Shown one piece after another: positions 25,375 to 38,094 of a stretch of DNA of 64,000 nt (within the stretch, counting starts at the first letter, position 1; every line of letters begins with the position of its first letter). The translations under genes were made by a program, and so were the position numbers. Source of the DNA: Octopus sinensis (taxonomy: Eukaryota); NCBI RefSeq assembly GCF_006345805.1, contig NC_043006.1, positions 30,070,001 to 30,134,000 of the forward strand, given 5' to 3'. The notes below the pieces were generated by a model. The model ran no database searches. It worked only from the letters and a program-made list of their open reading frames with translations, and was not told where the DNA came from.

Positions 25375-26023
25375 GTAATCTCAAGAGTTTTAAGGATTTT
25401 TTTTAAAGATCATTGTAAAGATTGCATGTGTGTGTGAGACTTTATGATGTTACCATAAAAGAAATGGATGTAGAAATAGATGATAAATCATGTGATGATA
25501 AAGTAGCTGTTGATTAGTGTTATCATCACCAGTTATTTATATTAGGTAGTGCAGACTAGCTTTAGTTAGTGTTATATTTGTCTTGCCTTGGCTCCTCATC
25601 TAATGGTGGAATTGCAAGTGTGCCGTCATGGTACATGTTTTGGGTAAATTTTTAGAATTGTCAGAGCCTATCCCTCTCCAGATCAGACTACAGCTGGTTT
25701 CTTCGAGAGATCGAGAGAGAGAGAGAGAAAAGAAAAGAATTAGTACCTGTACAGCATTAGTACCCAAAACAATAAAAGGCAAGTTTTTGAAGTCAGAACA
25801 CAGGCAGAATGGACATCACAATGCTCGTATAACTCTACCAGTTCATGAGCTTGTAGATTTACACTGCTTAGAGTGTTATATTTACTAATATTAACTTTAA
25901 TATTTACCAATATCAACTGTAAATGTAACATTTACAGTATGGAGTATAAATTTGCTCCAATTTAAAATTCTCAATATTATTGTTTCATGTAAAATTTTGA
26001 ATAATATTTTTACATCCATTTAG

Positions 26024-26185
26024 TTTAGAAGATAATTATTTTACAAACTATTTACATGTTAAGAGAATTGATTGACATTAAGAGAATTATGATTTTTAAA
26101 AATTATTTTAGAAGATAATTATTTTACAAACTATTTACATGTTAAGAGAATTGATTGACATTTAAGAGAATTACGATTTTTTTTA
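26024..26185. repeat. 83-bp tandem duplication
   Basis: TTTAGAAGATAATTATTTTACAAACTATTTACATGTTAAGAGAATTGATTGACA at 26024 and 26107. Confidence 0.92.
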
Positions 26186-26254
26186 ACAGTATATGAGGTG
26201 TATAAAAATGTATCCATCTGTGTGTTGTTACGTAAATCTTTTATCTCTCCTCAG

Positions 26255-26365
26255 GTTGGTGGTGTTGAAGAATACAAAGTAATTGAAGCAATGAAGGCTG
26301 GTAAAATCACCAAACCGCTTGTGGCTTGGTGTATTGGCACATGTGCCCGAATGTTTACCTCTGAG
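26255..26365 (+). CDS. ACLY: ACLY exon
   Basis: ctcAG...GTATTT. Encodes [37 protein letters not shown]. Phases 0/0. Confidence 0.96.
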
Positions 26366-26414
26366 GTATTTTAGCTGATTTTATCTTCATTTCTCTTAAA
26401 ACACCACTAGTATT

Positions 26415-27330
26415 CATCATCATCATCGTTTAACATCTGTTTTCCATGCTGGAGGTTTGACTGGGGACTGGAAAGCCATGAGGCCACACCAGGTTCCAAT
26501 CTGATCTGGCAATGTTTCTACAGCTGGATGTCCTTCCTAACACTATCCATTCTGAGAATGTTTTGGCTATGGTGCTGCTATGCCAGTCATTGGGTATGAC
26601 TCTTTCGTGAACTACCTGGTTTACAATACAGGTGACTAGGCCAGATATTTTAAGCATTCCAGCAGTGATTCCTGATGAGCCGGGGGCTTTTCCTGACTTC
26701 ATACCGTTAATTGCTTTATCTACCAGGGTGCTGTCTATTCGGAAAGCTGTTCCCTCTACTAGGTCAACATTCGGCAGGGTCTCCTCCTCCTCCCATTTGT
26801 TCTCCACATTCAGCAGCTTTTCATAATGGCATCTCCAAGCCTCTTTCTTTCCAGAATCATTAAAAGCAAGTGCACCATCATCCATGCAGGCACATTTCTC
26901 TCCTGTTACATCTTTTCTCTCACACGCTGTCTTGCAATCTGAAATACTTTAGTTCTTTGGTCCTCATATCACTGAACATTGGCAATAATTTAATAACTAT
27001 TTTAATGAATGTTGGTCTATTCCAAATATGCACACACACAATCCTTTTCTAACACATCTATCACAAGCCTTCTCCCTATCTCTTGTTCCTTGCATCACAC
27101 ATCCCTATCATGCAGCTCTCTGTATTGCCCACACCGTTGTCATTCACATCCTTCTCATTTATGCCTTTATCCCTCTTACTTCCTCTATACCCATGTTGCT
27201 GTTATTCATTTCTCAATCACTCCTTCCTCTTATCAATCAGAAACAGAAGAAAAAATCTGCTGTTTACAGTCAATGTGGCTAAGAATAACAGCAGGTCTCT
27301 CTTTTGTTCACCATATATTGCACTGCATCA
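26415..27330 (-). mobile_element. RTE-clade LINE fragment, internally deleted, with (GAT)n tail
   Basis: KKEAWRCHYEKLLNVENKWE...VDKAINGMKSGKAPGSSGITAGMLK...IPNDW, fused directly to the tail. Confidence 0.85.
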
Positions 27331-27384
27331 TTCCTTTTTTTGTTACTCCTCTGTTCACCATACATAGCATGTATTCACCCATGT

Positions 27385-27605
27385 CTGTGCTTATCTGGAT
27401 GCCCTTCCTAACGCTCCAAGAGTGTAGTGGGTGCTTTTTATGTGCCACGGCATGGGGTCAGTCAGGTGGTACTGGCATCAACCATGCTTGTATGGTGCTT
27501 TTTACGGGCCACCAATACAGGCACCAGTCCAGCGGCACTGGCATCAACCACGCTCAAATGGTGCTTTTTACATGCCAGTCAGGCAGTACTGGCATTGGCC
27601 ACTAC
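27385..27605 (-). mobile_element. RTE-tail SINE/LINE 3' region with internal tandem GGCACC/GGCATC units
   Basis: GGATGCCCTTCCTAACG...GAGTGTAGTGGGTGCTTTT and repeated ACTGGCATCAACCA..ATGGTGCTTTT. Confidence 0.7.
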
Positions 27606-28398
27606 ACATATTCTGACCCTCTTCCCACCACTCTTGTATCGTTCACAAATGCAGGACACATTTACTTTTCCTTCATCTCTACACTTGGCTCCCTTTGGCC
27701 CACCTCCTCACTTATTTTTCAGTGGCCACACTGGACCCTTTGCCTCCCCTCCTGTCCTGCCTGTTACTTTGACTTTCAGCATGCTCTTATTTCTTTTGTA
27801 CTCCACAATCTGTGCATTTGCCATCACTCCATCTTCTGGAACACATGGGTTTCTCTTACCTCCCTGTCATCTCGGCTTTGAATATAGAAATACCAATCTC
27901 AGAATGTTGAGTCCTATCACACGCCCTTCTCATCACTGTTGTCTGTGCCTCTGTCACTCCTGCTTCTCACTCGGTAAAAAGAAGCTGGTGAGCAAGCAGA
28001 CACATGTGGGAAGCTTTCCTTTTTGTGACACCATGTCCTCAATATGGTTCTCTCTGTCTGTTTGTCTCTCTCTTGTGTTGGTGGAATCACAAAAACATAT
28101 CCCTTATATTCTGTAAAGGGCTCTTCAACCTTATGAAGGACATGATCCTGGGTTCAGAAAAGAAAAGGTATCCAGCATTAGTGGCTAGTGTTACTAAAGG
28201 AATCCTGTCATAAGAACTGAGCCAAAAATGAAACACAAGATAAAGTTCCCTCCAACCCAGCTTATATGAGTGCTACCCCTTGAATACTTGTTGATGATGA
28301 TGATTGTGTGTGAACTGAGCCTTTTTTTCTTATATTTAATATTATTGAAATACTTTTAAACCGTCATCTTTAATGTGTATTGGTTGAGTGTTTATATT

Positions 28399-28781
28399 TA
28401 ACTAGCAGTATCGCCCGGTGTTGCTCGGGTTTGTAAGGGAAATAACTATAAAGCATTTTTAGAGAGTTATAGCCAAAAAATAGCAAAAAAATGCATTAAA
28501 AAGGGAAAAAATATGATGGTAAATTTTTTTTTAAATCGTTGACTCATCGTAGACATTTTTAGAGAGTTACTTCCCTTCAAAAAAATATGCATTAAAATGG
28601 AAAAAAATTATGGTAAATTATTTTTAAAATCGTAGACTCGCTCTAATACCCAGAAGGGCTCGATATGAATCACGACTATAAGATACCCGGTTTTGGTTAA
28701 ACTGCACCGCAAAATGTGAGAGTAGTTAGGAATCTAAATCGGAGTAGACAGACACACAACCTTACTTTTATATATAAAGAT
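28399..28781 (+). mobile_element. Non-autonomous Helentron/DINE-1-like (HINE) element
   Basis: 5' ACTAGCAGTATCG followed by the hairpin CCCGGTGTTGCTCGGG (28414-28429). Internal 100-bp duplication (CATTTTTAGAGAGTTA at 28454 and 28554). 3' ACAGACAC... and TTTTATATATAAAGAT terminus. Confidence 0.6.
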
Positions 28782-29039
28782 GAACTCTTCCAACCTGTTG
28801 TTCACTGAAATATCTTCTACAGTTTGATCAGCAGAGATCAATTGCCTACATTTTGTTCATTGATACAAGTTCAATCTTTAATTTTAATCAGTTGCACTTG
28901 ATAAATAATTAGTCATTCATTCTCTCTAGATATTGTTATTTATTTCTTATGTATTTTTATTAATAGTCTGAGGATTTTCTTGTAAAACTTATGAAGTTAT
29001 CTTTTATGTTAACCTAAATTGTTTTTTCTTTCTTTATAG

Positions 29040-29167
29040 GTTCAATTCGGTCATGCTGGTTCTTGTGCTAATGCTGACCGTGAAACAGCTGTTGCTAAAA
29101 ATCAAGCACTTAGAGAAGCTGGTGCTTATGTTCCTAACAGTTTTGATGGACTTGGGACACTTATAAA
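29040..29167 (+). CDS. ACLY: ACLY exon carrying the catalytic phosphohistidine (QFGHAG; His codon 29052-29054)
   Basis: ttatAG...GTAAGT. Encodes [42 protein letters not shown]. Phases 0/2. Confidence 0.97.
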
Positions 29168-29289
29168 GTAAGTGTTATTATATTATACATTCAGGCTGGA
29201 CATATTATTATCATTATTAAAACCCTAAAACCAGCACACCCACAATTGGCACATTAACTTAATTTTATGTTTCTATATCTTTCTTCAAG

Positions 29290-29383
29290 GAAAGTCTACG
29301 AAAATCTTGTTGGCCAAGGTATTATTATTCCAGAGCCAGAACGGGCCCCTCCAACTGTACCAATGGATTATGCATGGGCTAGG
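29290..29383 (+). CDS. ACLY: ACLY exon
   Basis: ttcaAG...GTATGT. Encodes (K)[31 protein letters not shown]. Phases 2/0. Confidence 0.96.
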
Positions 29384-29439
29384 GTATGTTAAGGATGTTT
29401 CAATCCTTCTTTATTGTTTTTTATTATTTAATTCACTTA

Positions 29440-29655
29440 AGGCAGTGAGCTGGCAGAATCGTTAGCACACTGGATGAAATACTTGGTGGTATTTCACCCA
29501 TTGCTATGTTCTGAGTTCAAATTCCACCGAGGTTGACTTTGACTTTCATCCTTTTGGGGGTCAGTAAGTACCAGTTGAACACTGGGGTTGATGTAATTGA
29601 CTCATCCCCTTCCCACTAAATTGCTGCCCTTGTGGCAAAATTTGAAACCCTTATT
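29440..29655 (+). mobile_element. tRNA-derived SINE (same family as 1735)
   Basis: GGCAGTGAGCTGGCAGAATCG...GAGTTCAAATTCCACCGAGGTTGAC. Confidence 0.85.
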
Positions 29656-31026
29656 TAATCCACTTACCTTACAGGCTTTGTGGTTTTAATTGTTAATTAA
29701 ATAAGTTTCTTGATGATTTTTGTTGAATACAGGTGGAGACAAGTGTTTTAATTGCTTGAAGCACTTCCTACCATTTAGCAAAAAACTGTGACTCACCCTC
29801 AGATGAGTTGTCATGGGTATATCTGTGTAGAAGTCCTATCTTAACCACTGGTGCAGTGAACGAATGACTCACTGCCAAAGATACTTCAAAGGATGGAGTT
29901 TTCATTAACTTACTGTCATCAGTTCATTTCCTCCACTTAAATTACAACAGTTTGGTATTTCAGTTCAAGAATATTGCCATATTAAGGCTCAAGTTTTCCT
30001 TCCTTATTATAAAAATACTTCTTAGAGGCAAGTAACAAACAAGAAATACACATAACCTTGTTTCATGAATATCTTCCCAAATATTCCCACATATAATTAT
30101 GGTTGAATTCCAAGAAATAAATATGAATGAATAAATTGTAAAATACTTGACATACTGAAGCAAGCAAAGTGGTCTGTTTTTTGCCTTTGAGTATAACTTA
30201 ATGGTAACTATAAGTATTGAACTCAAGACTATGCAGTTTGCAGCCACTGCCTCATTTACACGACACACCTATGATGATCCATCAGATTTGTTTCTTGGTT
30301 CTAGGATAATTATTTCTTTTGATATCTTACAGTTTGATGAAATGGAATTTGTTGCAATCTCTGAATTGCTAAAATACTAAAACTTTGACCATAGTTTACC
30401 ACCTTACATTCTGAATGCTTTTTGTCTTCCTTTTCTTCATCACTTGGTCAAGTGATGAAGTTTACTTCATTATCACTGGGTCCTGGGCTCAATTCCACTG
30501 TATTATCACATCGGGTGAGATTTTTCTTGCACAATTTCTTGAGTGAGATTGGCTAGAAGGGAACTGTAGAGGCTTATTGAATGGACTGTACCTAGAGTTC
30601 ATAGGTCACTAACTTCTCTTCACTAAGTCTGCTTCAAGATTGCATTCAGTGACTGAAATATACACCTAATGACACTGTACTTTTGATTGAATAACTGGAA
30701 TACTTTGTCATTAAAGTGAATGTAAGATCCACTTATTTCAACATCATTATTTCTCTCTCATTTGTAATTCACTCAGTATTTCGTTGCATTTCCCCTTATT
30801 CACTGAGCCCTTCGTTCACAAGGTTCTCCACTCCTTGTCCCATACCCACAGAAACTACCTACACCCATCAAGCCCTCTATTGACTGAGCCCCCACTGCGA
30901 CCACCTTCACCCACCGAGCCTTTCACTCACTAATCCCCACCCTCTGATTTAGCCCTTCACTTACTGCCATCTATCGTGAACATTTATCCCTATTAGGACT
31001 GATTTATTTCTGCTTTTCCTTCACAG

Positions 31027-31181
31027 GAACTTGGTTTGATTCGTAAACCTGCATCTTTCATGACCAGCATTTGTGATGAACGAGGTTCAGAGCTACTCTA
31101 TGCTGGAACTCCAATCACAGATATTTTTAAAGAAGATTTAGGCATTGGCGGTGTCCTTAGCCTTCTCTGGTTCCAAAGACG
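31027..31181 (+). CDS. ACLY: ACLY exon (start of the citryl-CoA lyase domain)
   Basis: cacAG...GTAACT. Encodes [51 protein letters not shown]. Phases 0/2. Confidence 0.97.
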
Positions 31182-31334
31182 GTAACTTAATATTTCAATT
31201 ATATTCTTTCCATACATTTTTCATAGTTCTTTGTTTATTTTTTGTTTTTGTCGGGAATCCAAAATACCTGATTCATCTGTAGCAGAAATGGTTCTGTGAG
31301 AGAAAATACTTTGTTATATAGAATTATATCTTAA

Positions 31335-31525
31335 AAAGCACTTGTGCCAGACACCATATAGAAAGCATTCATGTAGGTGTCACATGAAAAGCACCCAGTA
31401 CACTCTGTAAAGTGGTTGGTGTTAGGAAGGGTATCCAGGTGTAGAAACCATATCAAAAGACAATTGGGGCCTAGTGCAGTCCTCCAGCCTTGCCAGCCCC
31501 TGTAAAACTGCCCAAACCATGACAT
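31335..31525 (+). mobile_element. RTE-tail SINE/LINE 3' end
   Basis: AAAAGCACCCAGTACACTCTGTAAAGTGGTTGGTGTTAGGAAGGG. Confidence 0.75.
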
Positions 31526-31611
31526 AATATTTAACAGATGTTAAAATGTTATAATGGTGATGATGGCAAGACCTGATCAAATGCCCCCCCCCCCCCATTC
31601 ATAACTTGTTC

Positions 31612-31815
31612 CTAGCTGACAGAATCATTAAAGTGCCTAAGAAATGTCTTACCATATTTTTTCCAGTTCTTTATATTGTGAGTTCAAATCCTGCTGAGGT
31701 CCACTTTTGCCTTTCATCCTTTTGGGATCAATAAAATAATATTAATCAAGTATTGGCATTAATGGTATTGATTATCCCCACTTCTCTCAAATTGATGGCT
31801 TTGTGCCTAAATTAG
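31612..31815 (+). mobile_element. tRNA-derived SINE (same family as 1735)
   Basis: GAGTTCAAATCCTGCTGAGGTCCAC...CCTTTCATCCTTTTGGG. Confidence 0.7.
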
Positions 31816-32014
31816 ATACAATTATTATTATTATTATTATTATTGAACAAATTTCATTCTGTTTAAAGTATTTCCTATCATTGAATTCCAGTCTGCTCTT
31901 GGCTCTCTTTTTCTCCCTCTGTCCTTCCTATCTTTCCTCACTCCTCTCCCTCTCTACTTATTCTTTCTCTCACTAATACATTAAGGTTTTTCTTTCTATT
32001 ATTCAACTTCTAAG

Positions 32015-32165
32015 ACTTCCAAAATATGCCACCAAATTCATTGAGATGTGTCTGATGGTGACGGCTGACCACGGACCGGCTGTTTCTGGAGCACACAATG
32101 CTATTGTCTGTACACGGGCAGGCAAAGACTTGGTCTCAGCTCTAGCTTCTGGACTCCTTACTATT
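32015..32165 (+). CDS. ACLY: ACLY exon ([12 protein letters not shown] motif)
   Basis: ctaAG...GTAAGT. Encodes (R)[50 protein letters not shown]. Phases 2/0. Confidence 0.97.
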
Positions 32166-32393
32166 GTAAGTATATTCTTAAAGTCACCCATCATCATCAT
32201 CAACAACACCATCACTCTCATTATTTTCATCATCACCTTACATTTATCTTTCATTTGTAATTCTTTTACCCATTTTCTATCTTATCCATCAATTTTATAT
32301 CTTCCACCTCCTCTAATTTTGATATTTGATATCATTATCTTCATCCATTTCACTAGAAATGAATTTTGAACCATGTTTTTCTTCTCGTGATAG

Positions 32394-32537
32394 GGTGATC
32401 GCTTTGGTGGGGCACTAGATGCAGCTGCCAAGCAGTTCAGTGAAGCCTATGACAGTAGCATGATTCCAATGGAATTTGTTAATTCTATGAGGAAAAAGGG
32501 AAAACTTATCATGGGCATTGGACACCGTGTGAAATCA
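32394..32537 (+). CDS. ACLY: ACLY exon (GIGHRVKS motif)
   Basis: gatAG...GTGAGT. Encodes [48 protein letters not shown]. Phases 0/0. Confidence 0.97.
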
Positions 32538-33183
32538 GTGAGTAGCCTTTACATTCTTGTGGACATATATTTCGAAATTCTTTACACACACACACGTGTA
32601 TATAACAGAATATAATTATCAGGATACACTCTCGTTTACATCAGAGTTGTGTAATTCAATCCTCACATGCATAAACAACATGCAATTGTCTTGCATCAAA
32701 ATACGAATCAGAACATTTTCCATTATTGACTGAAGATTGATGAAGGTAGCTCGTGAATATGGTGAGTGAATTACACAACTTTGGTGCAATCTCACAAAAT
32801 GGTACATAGTCTATCCTGGCAATTGCATTATGTTATAATAATTCAACCATTGTGTGCTATCATTCTATAGATATATATATATATGAAAATACACATGGAC
32901 ACATTTAACAAGTGACTCTTAGAGACCAGTACGGTCGTATTCCTGGGAAATTCATCAGAGAATCTTATCCCTTGCCTGGTTTGGAGTGGTGGAACTAGGC
33001 ATGAACAATTGCAGATCTTCCATGGGTGGTGGGAAAAAAATAGCTTTGTCCAAACCTGCATCTTAAAGAAGTTTCCAGGTGCAGATTTAACATCTCACAA
33101 CACCTACAAAAGCTGTTCATCTCATTGAAATATTTATTAAATTCATGAATATAAGTACCACGTCTCTGTTTAAATATTTTCAG

Positions 33184-33297
33184 TTGAACAACCCTGACAT
33201 GCGTGTAGTAATCTTAAAAGATTATGTGAAGCAACACTTCCCTGCAACTCCTCTGCTTGATTACGCATGCGAAGTGGAGAAAATAACCACCTCGAAG
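33184..33297 (+). CDS. ACLY: ACLY exon
   Basis: ttcAG...GTAAGT. Encodes [38 protein letters not shown]. Phases 0/0. Confidence 0.97.
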
Positions 33298-33708
33298 GTA
33301 AGTTGGACTCTGGATCAAAGATATATGTTGTAATATAAGGCTTAACTGAGGTCTGGATCAAAAACTTAGGTAATATAAGGATTAACTAAAACTATCCAGG
33401 CAGTGAGTAGACAAAATCTCCCAAGGTGTTTAAAATCCAAGAACAAGTAGGGGAGATAACTTATCGAAATTTTTGAAAAAAAAACTGTCGATTAAAATCG
33501 ATTCGGTTGTTTGAGAGGTAAGAATTAAGAATCACAGAAATTGTTTCAGTGTTATTAAATCTCCTTGGTGAAGTATATTCTTCTCAGCTGGTGATACAAA
33601 ATGATTAATATTACATGTATAAATAGAGAGAGAGAGTGGGGGGTATAATGACTCTGATTAGGAATATCTACAATCCAGTTTGTGAGGCAAGTTTCCGAGA
33701 TGAATGTT

Positions 33709-34255
33709 CATCATCATCATCGTTTAACGTCCGTTTTCCATTCTAGCGTGGGTTGGACGGTTCGACCGGGGTCTGGGAAGCCAGGAGGCTGCACCAGGCT
33801 CCAGTCTGATCTGGCATTGTTTCTACTGCTGGATGCCCTTCCTAACGCCAACCACTCCATGAGTGTAGTGGGTGCTTTTTACGTGCCACCGGCACAGGTG
33901 CCAGAGGAGGCTGGTAAACGGCCACGATCAGTTGGTGCTTTTATGTGTCACGGACGCCAGTCAGGCAGCGCTGGCATTGGCCACGTTTGCATGGTACTTT
34001 TAACATTTCACTGGCACGGATATCTTAACTACAATTTCCATTTGATTTTCATTTTGATGTTGGTGTTAACGTACTTGACTCAATAGGTCTCCTCAAGAAC
34101 AGCGGGTCACTCTACGATCCAAGGTTGGCACAGCAGGCCGTCCTGCGAGCCATGAACTCACTTCATTTGTCGGGTCTTCACAGTCACAGCATATCTCAGA
34201 AGTCTCGGTCTTCGTCATTTCCTCAGTGAGGCCCTACGTGCCACCAGCACGGGTA
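33709..34255 (-). mobile_element. RTE-tail SINE/LINE 3' end (long, young copy)
   Basis: CATCATCATCATCGTTTAACGTCCGTTTTCCA...; close to the consensus. Confidence 0.85.
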
Positions 34256-35203
34256 TCACAACTACAATATCCATACAATTGTTTTATAGTAATTGTTTCT
34301 GCTTTATACATTAGTAATTAGTAGGTTAGTTTTTCTAAATTTGAACAAGTTGGATATTGTTAAAAGAGGTGGACCCCATATAATGACTGAAAGGATAATG
34401 GATATCATGAACAGCAATACTGACCACATAGTCATGCTGTTTCTTAATAAAAATATCATTGCATTATTATAAAGTTTCTACTTTAATTCATTGTGGCTCG
34501 TAAAGAAGTTGGTTTGCATCAATTTTTTCTGTAGTCAGTTTAATGTCCATTTTTCAATGTCCTTCTGGATTCAGTAGGTTTTCACATCAATGTATTCCCA
34601 TTGAATAGTTATTATACAAAATGAAGATTGTACTCTTGGAATTTCTAATGGGGCAGTTTAAATGTTTTCATCAAAAGAGGAAGGTTGGTGGCCACAACTT
34701 TTGCAAAGCTTCCAAGACTTGATGGAGGAATGAGGAGTTTAATGCTGATACAATAGGAAGTAATATGTTTAGTTATTAACTTTAGACTGGAGACCCGTGA
34801 CAGAGTGAACTCACTAAAGACACACGTCAATGGTGGTAGTCCTGCTTCCTGAAAGTAAAACTGCTTATTTTTAGCTTCTGATATTTTATATAAATGATCC
34901 ATAACCAATCTAACCCAAAGTCAATAAAAAAATGGAATTTAAAGTGATTTTATCTTTGTTGTTTGATTGGTTGGTATTCAAGATATGATTTGATTTTGTA
35001 TTCTGCATAGCTTTCTACTATTCAAAATGGTAGGAAATTGGAATTGTTTTGCCTCATGTGAGTTCTTTGTTTTATAAAGATGAGAGGAACATAATTGGTT
35101 GGAGTTCGATTCTAAAGTGTTACTGTCATGATGTTGATGATGATGATGATTGTTCTAGTATTTTCCTTCAGGGAAATAAATGTTGTTTCTATTTTGATTT
35201 CAG

Positions 35204-35286
35204 AAACCTAACCTAATTTTAAATGTTGATGGCTTCATTGGTGTTGCAATGGTTGATCTTTTCCGGAATTGTGGATGTTTCACACG
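35204..35286 (+). CDS. ACLY: ACLY exon (NVDG motif)
   Basis: ttcAG...GTGAGT. Encodes [27 protein letters not shown]. Phases 0/2. Confidence 0.97.
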
Positions 35287-35329
35287 GTGAGTTAACTTTG
35301 TGTGTGTGTGTGTGAACATGGGAATAGCA

Positions 35330-36170
35330 ATTGTCTTCATATGAACATTAGATTCTGCTGACTTTGATGTTGTGACAGTTTTGTTCAGGTGGGAAGTCAG
35401 GTTATAGGATGGGTGGACACTTTTCCTGGGCTGAAGTTGTTCAATGGAGTTGGAGAGGATTGACATTTCTAGGTTGTGTGCTGGTAGGATGTGGTGGAGG
35501 GGGGGGGGGTCAAGGCTAGAATAAGTTGGGAGAACTGTTCAGTCAGTTGGTTTGAGTTCCTTTTTTGTAGAATTTTTGTTTTGGAGTTGGAGTGAATGTT
35601 TTGATCCAGGAGGTAAACTGTAGCTCATAAAGGACCCCTAACCATTGTTGATCCTCCATCCACAGCAGTGTCTGATATCAGGTGTCAAAAATGGGCTTCT
35701 CAAAAGTTTGTACGTACTGGGACACTTGTTGCAGACTGAGGTAGAAGAGAATTCAGGATTTTGAGGACAACCACCAGAAGCCAAGTTCAAGGGTTTTGGG
35801 CTCCTGTCCTATCTATGGACTTCAACTGAGAAACTTTCATGACTTGTACACTTTGATAATCGGTGGCACTTTATTAGAATAGTTGGAAGCAACTCTCCTT
35901 GAAGCTATGTCATCCTTAAACTGGGGACTTTCCTGATCTGAAAACTTGCAACAAAACAAGAGAACTAAAAACATCCAAAGACCGAGTGGTGGTGTTAAAG
36001 TAGGTGACATGTTTAGGCACCAGAAAAATAAAAGTTGTCTTATGCAAAGTCCTTTCTGTGTTGACATTTGAGAGAAATGGGCCTCATTTGTAGATGTAAA
36101 GTCTCTCTCTTAAAACAGTTCTCTAACAACAGCTGGTAAATTTTCAAGGTTATCAGAAAGATAAGTTTTG
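35330..36170 (-). mobile_element. Highly decayed Penelope-like element (RT end plus GIY-YIG remnant)
   Basis: Remnants resembling C.KCPS.Y....L..RF.EHL.DIR, HF.LP.HS and GT.Q.NGLNE.FS. Many indels. Confidence 0.4.
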
Positions 36171-37690
36171 CAAGAGAGAAAAAAAAAAATCAAATGGGTG
36201 GGGTGGGGGCTCAAAAGGAGAAGAAAAAAAAGGAGGAAAGATAATTGAATTGTGACTCTTTGTTTGTGGTCTTTCAGCTAATTAACTCCATCAATGGCCC
36301 TTGCTGTATTTGAATCACCATTGATATTAAAACTACATGTATCAGGTGACTTTGTATATATTATTTCTCATGTTGTCATAAATGTGAGGTAACAAAACTC
36401 TCCAACATCGAAGAGACAGTTGTAACTTCATTTCTGACTCAAATGTTTTGTAGTATCCCAGGCAAGAACAGTTTCTTCTCCTTAATTTACCTAAACAGAA
36501 AACTGCAACCATGGGTATGGGGTTAAAAAGTTTGAGGCTGACAAATGCCTTACGAGTGAAGTTTGGGGAGATGGAAACTTTAAGAGGTCACTTGTATAAG
36601 TATGTATTAGCAGTGTATCCTTCAAAACCTCCATGCTTCCTGAGATTCGCCAACATTACCCCTGATTTTCTCCCCTCCATGCACATGCAAGAATGTATCT
36701 GACTCGTACACTGTTCGCTTTCCAGACATTTGTACATTACTGGATATGCTTTATACGCACTTTTGACAAGTTGTGGTGCACCTGAGCACTGTATACAATA
36801 ATTTCATTATTATTATATTATTTAATACCCAAATTCATTTGAGTTATCTCCCCTCACGTCGGTATCTACATTACATCTAACATTATTGAAGCCAGTAAAA
36901 TAACCGACAGCTCCTCTAGACCACAAAGATTTACCTACAATAAACTAGCTTCCCCAGCTAATACCTCAGGCACCATTTTTATACTCCAATATCATTTAGT
37001 GTTCTGCAGGTAACTCTGGTTTCCATTTTATTTATACAAGAGTACTATTAGAAAGTTGGATAAATAGCAAAGAAAAACAAAAGGTGATTTAATTTTGAAA
37101 TTAACTGGTGAAAATGGTGCTCCAACCTGGCCTTTGATATGATGGCATAATCAAAATAAACACCTAAAGATGTTATATGGAAGGTAGCTGTCATCAGGAA
37201 ATAAAATTATAAGTAATGTTATGAAAGAAATGGAAGAAAAGGTTTATTTGCTAGGATGTAATGTTTATGGAATTCTTTGGAATGTAACTTATTATCTTAT
37301 AGGAATTGAAGGTGGTGAGCTGGCAGAACGATTGTGCCTATAAAAGAAAGGATTAGTCTATTGGAATTCATGTTTTAGTTTGTGATAATTTCTTTCTTCC
37401 GCTCAAGATACTTCGTTGATTGATTTTACTTCATTACTTTATTGATCATTTATTGATCAGAGAGCAGTAAAAGACAAAATTTGGTTTTGGCATTTGATGT
37501 CATGAAACGAGATATTGATTCCTCACTTTCCCTCTGTCTGAATCAATTTATCTATAATAATAATAAACTATAACTATTTATGAAGTTGAAAGAAGTAGGA
37601 GGGAAGCAAGTCTATAAATGAAATATAATTTCACTGATTGCGAATATTTCTCTTTCTTTCTTTTTCTTTTTTTTTTATTAATTTCACCAG

Positions 37691-37767
37691 AGAGGAAGCT
37701 CAAGAATATGTGGAAATTGGTGCTCTGAATGGACTCTTTGTGCTTGGTCGTAGCATGGGCTTCATTG
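37691..37767 (+). CDS. ACLY: ACLY penultimate coding exon
   Basis: accAG...GTAAGT. Encodes (R)[25 protein letters not shown]. Phases 2/1. Confidence 0.97.
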
Positions 37768-37829
37768 GTAAGTTTTTTCGAAAGTGAACGATAGTGAACA
37801 TTTGTTTTGAGAACCTTACTCTCATCCTT

Positions 37830-37880
37830 TATATATGCATGTGTGTGTGTATGAGATATATATATATATATATAATGTAT

Positions 37881-37952
<72 letters not shown>
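37830..37952. repeat. Compound (TG)/(TA)n/(CA)n microsatellite in an ACLY intron
   Basis: Direct inspection. Confidence 0.95.
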
Positions 37953-38094
37953 CTGGCAAAGAAAGTGAGATCACAGCCGTAGCCTACACCAGTGTCATAT
38001 AACCAGCCCATTTAAAAAGTACCTTTGAATTGTTTGGTGACATTCCATACTTAAGGAATCTTATTGAGTCAAGTAAATCAAATCAAATCACAAT

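Noticed and set aside
27009-28116. 290-aa and 229-aa plus-strand ORFs
   Set aside because: Antisense to RTE LINE and tail repeats; no recognisable domain.
34645-34908. Minus-strand ORF with FQEAGLPPL, like the post-RT region of I-group LINEs
   Set aside because: Single short motif with no flanking RT evidence.
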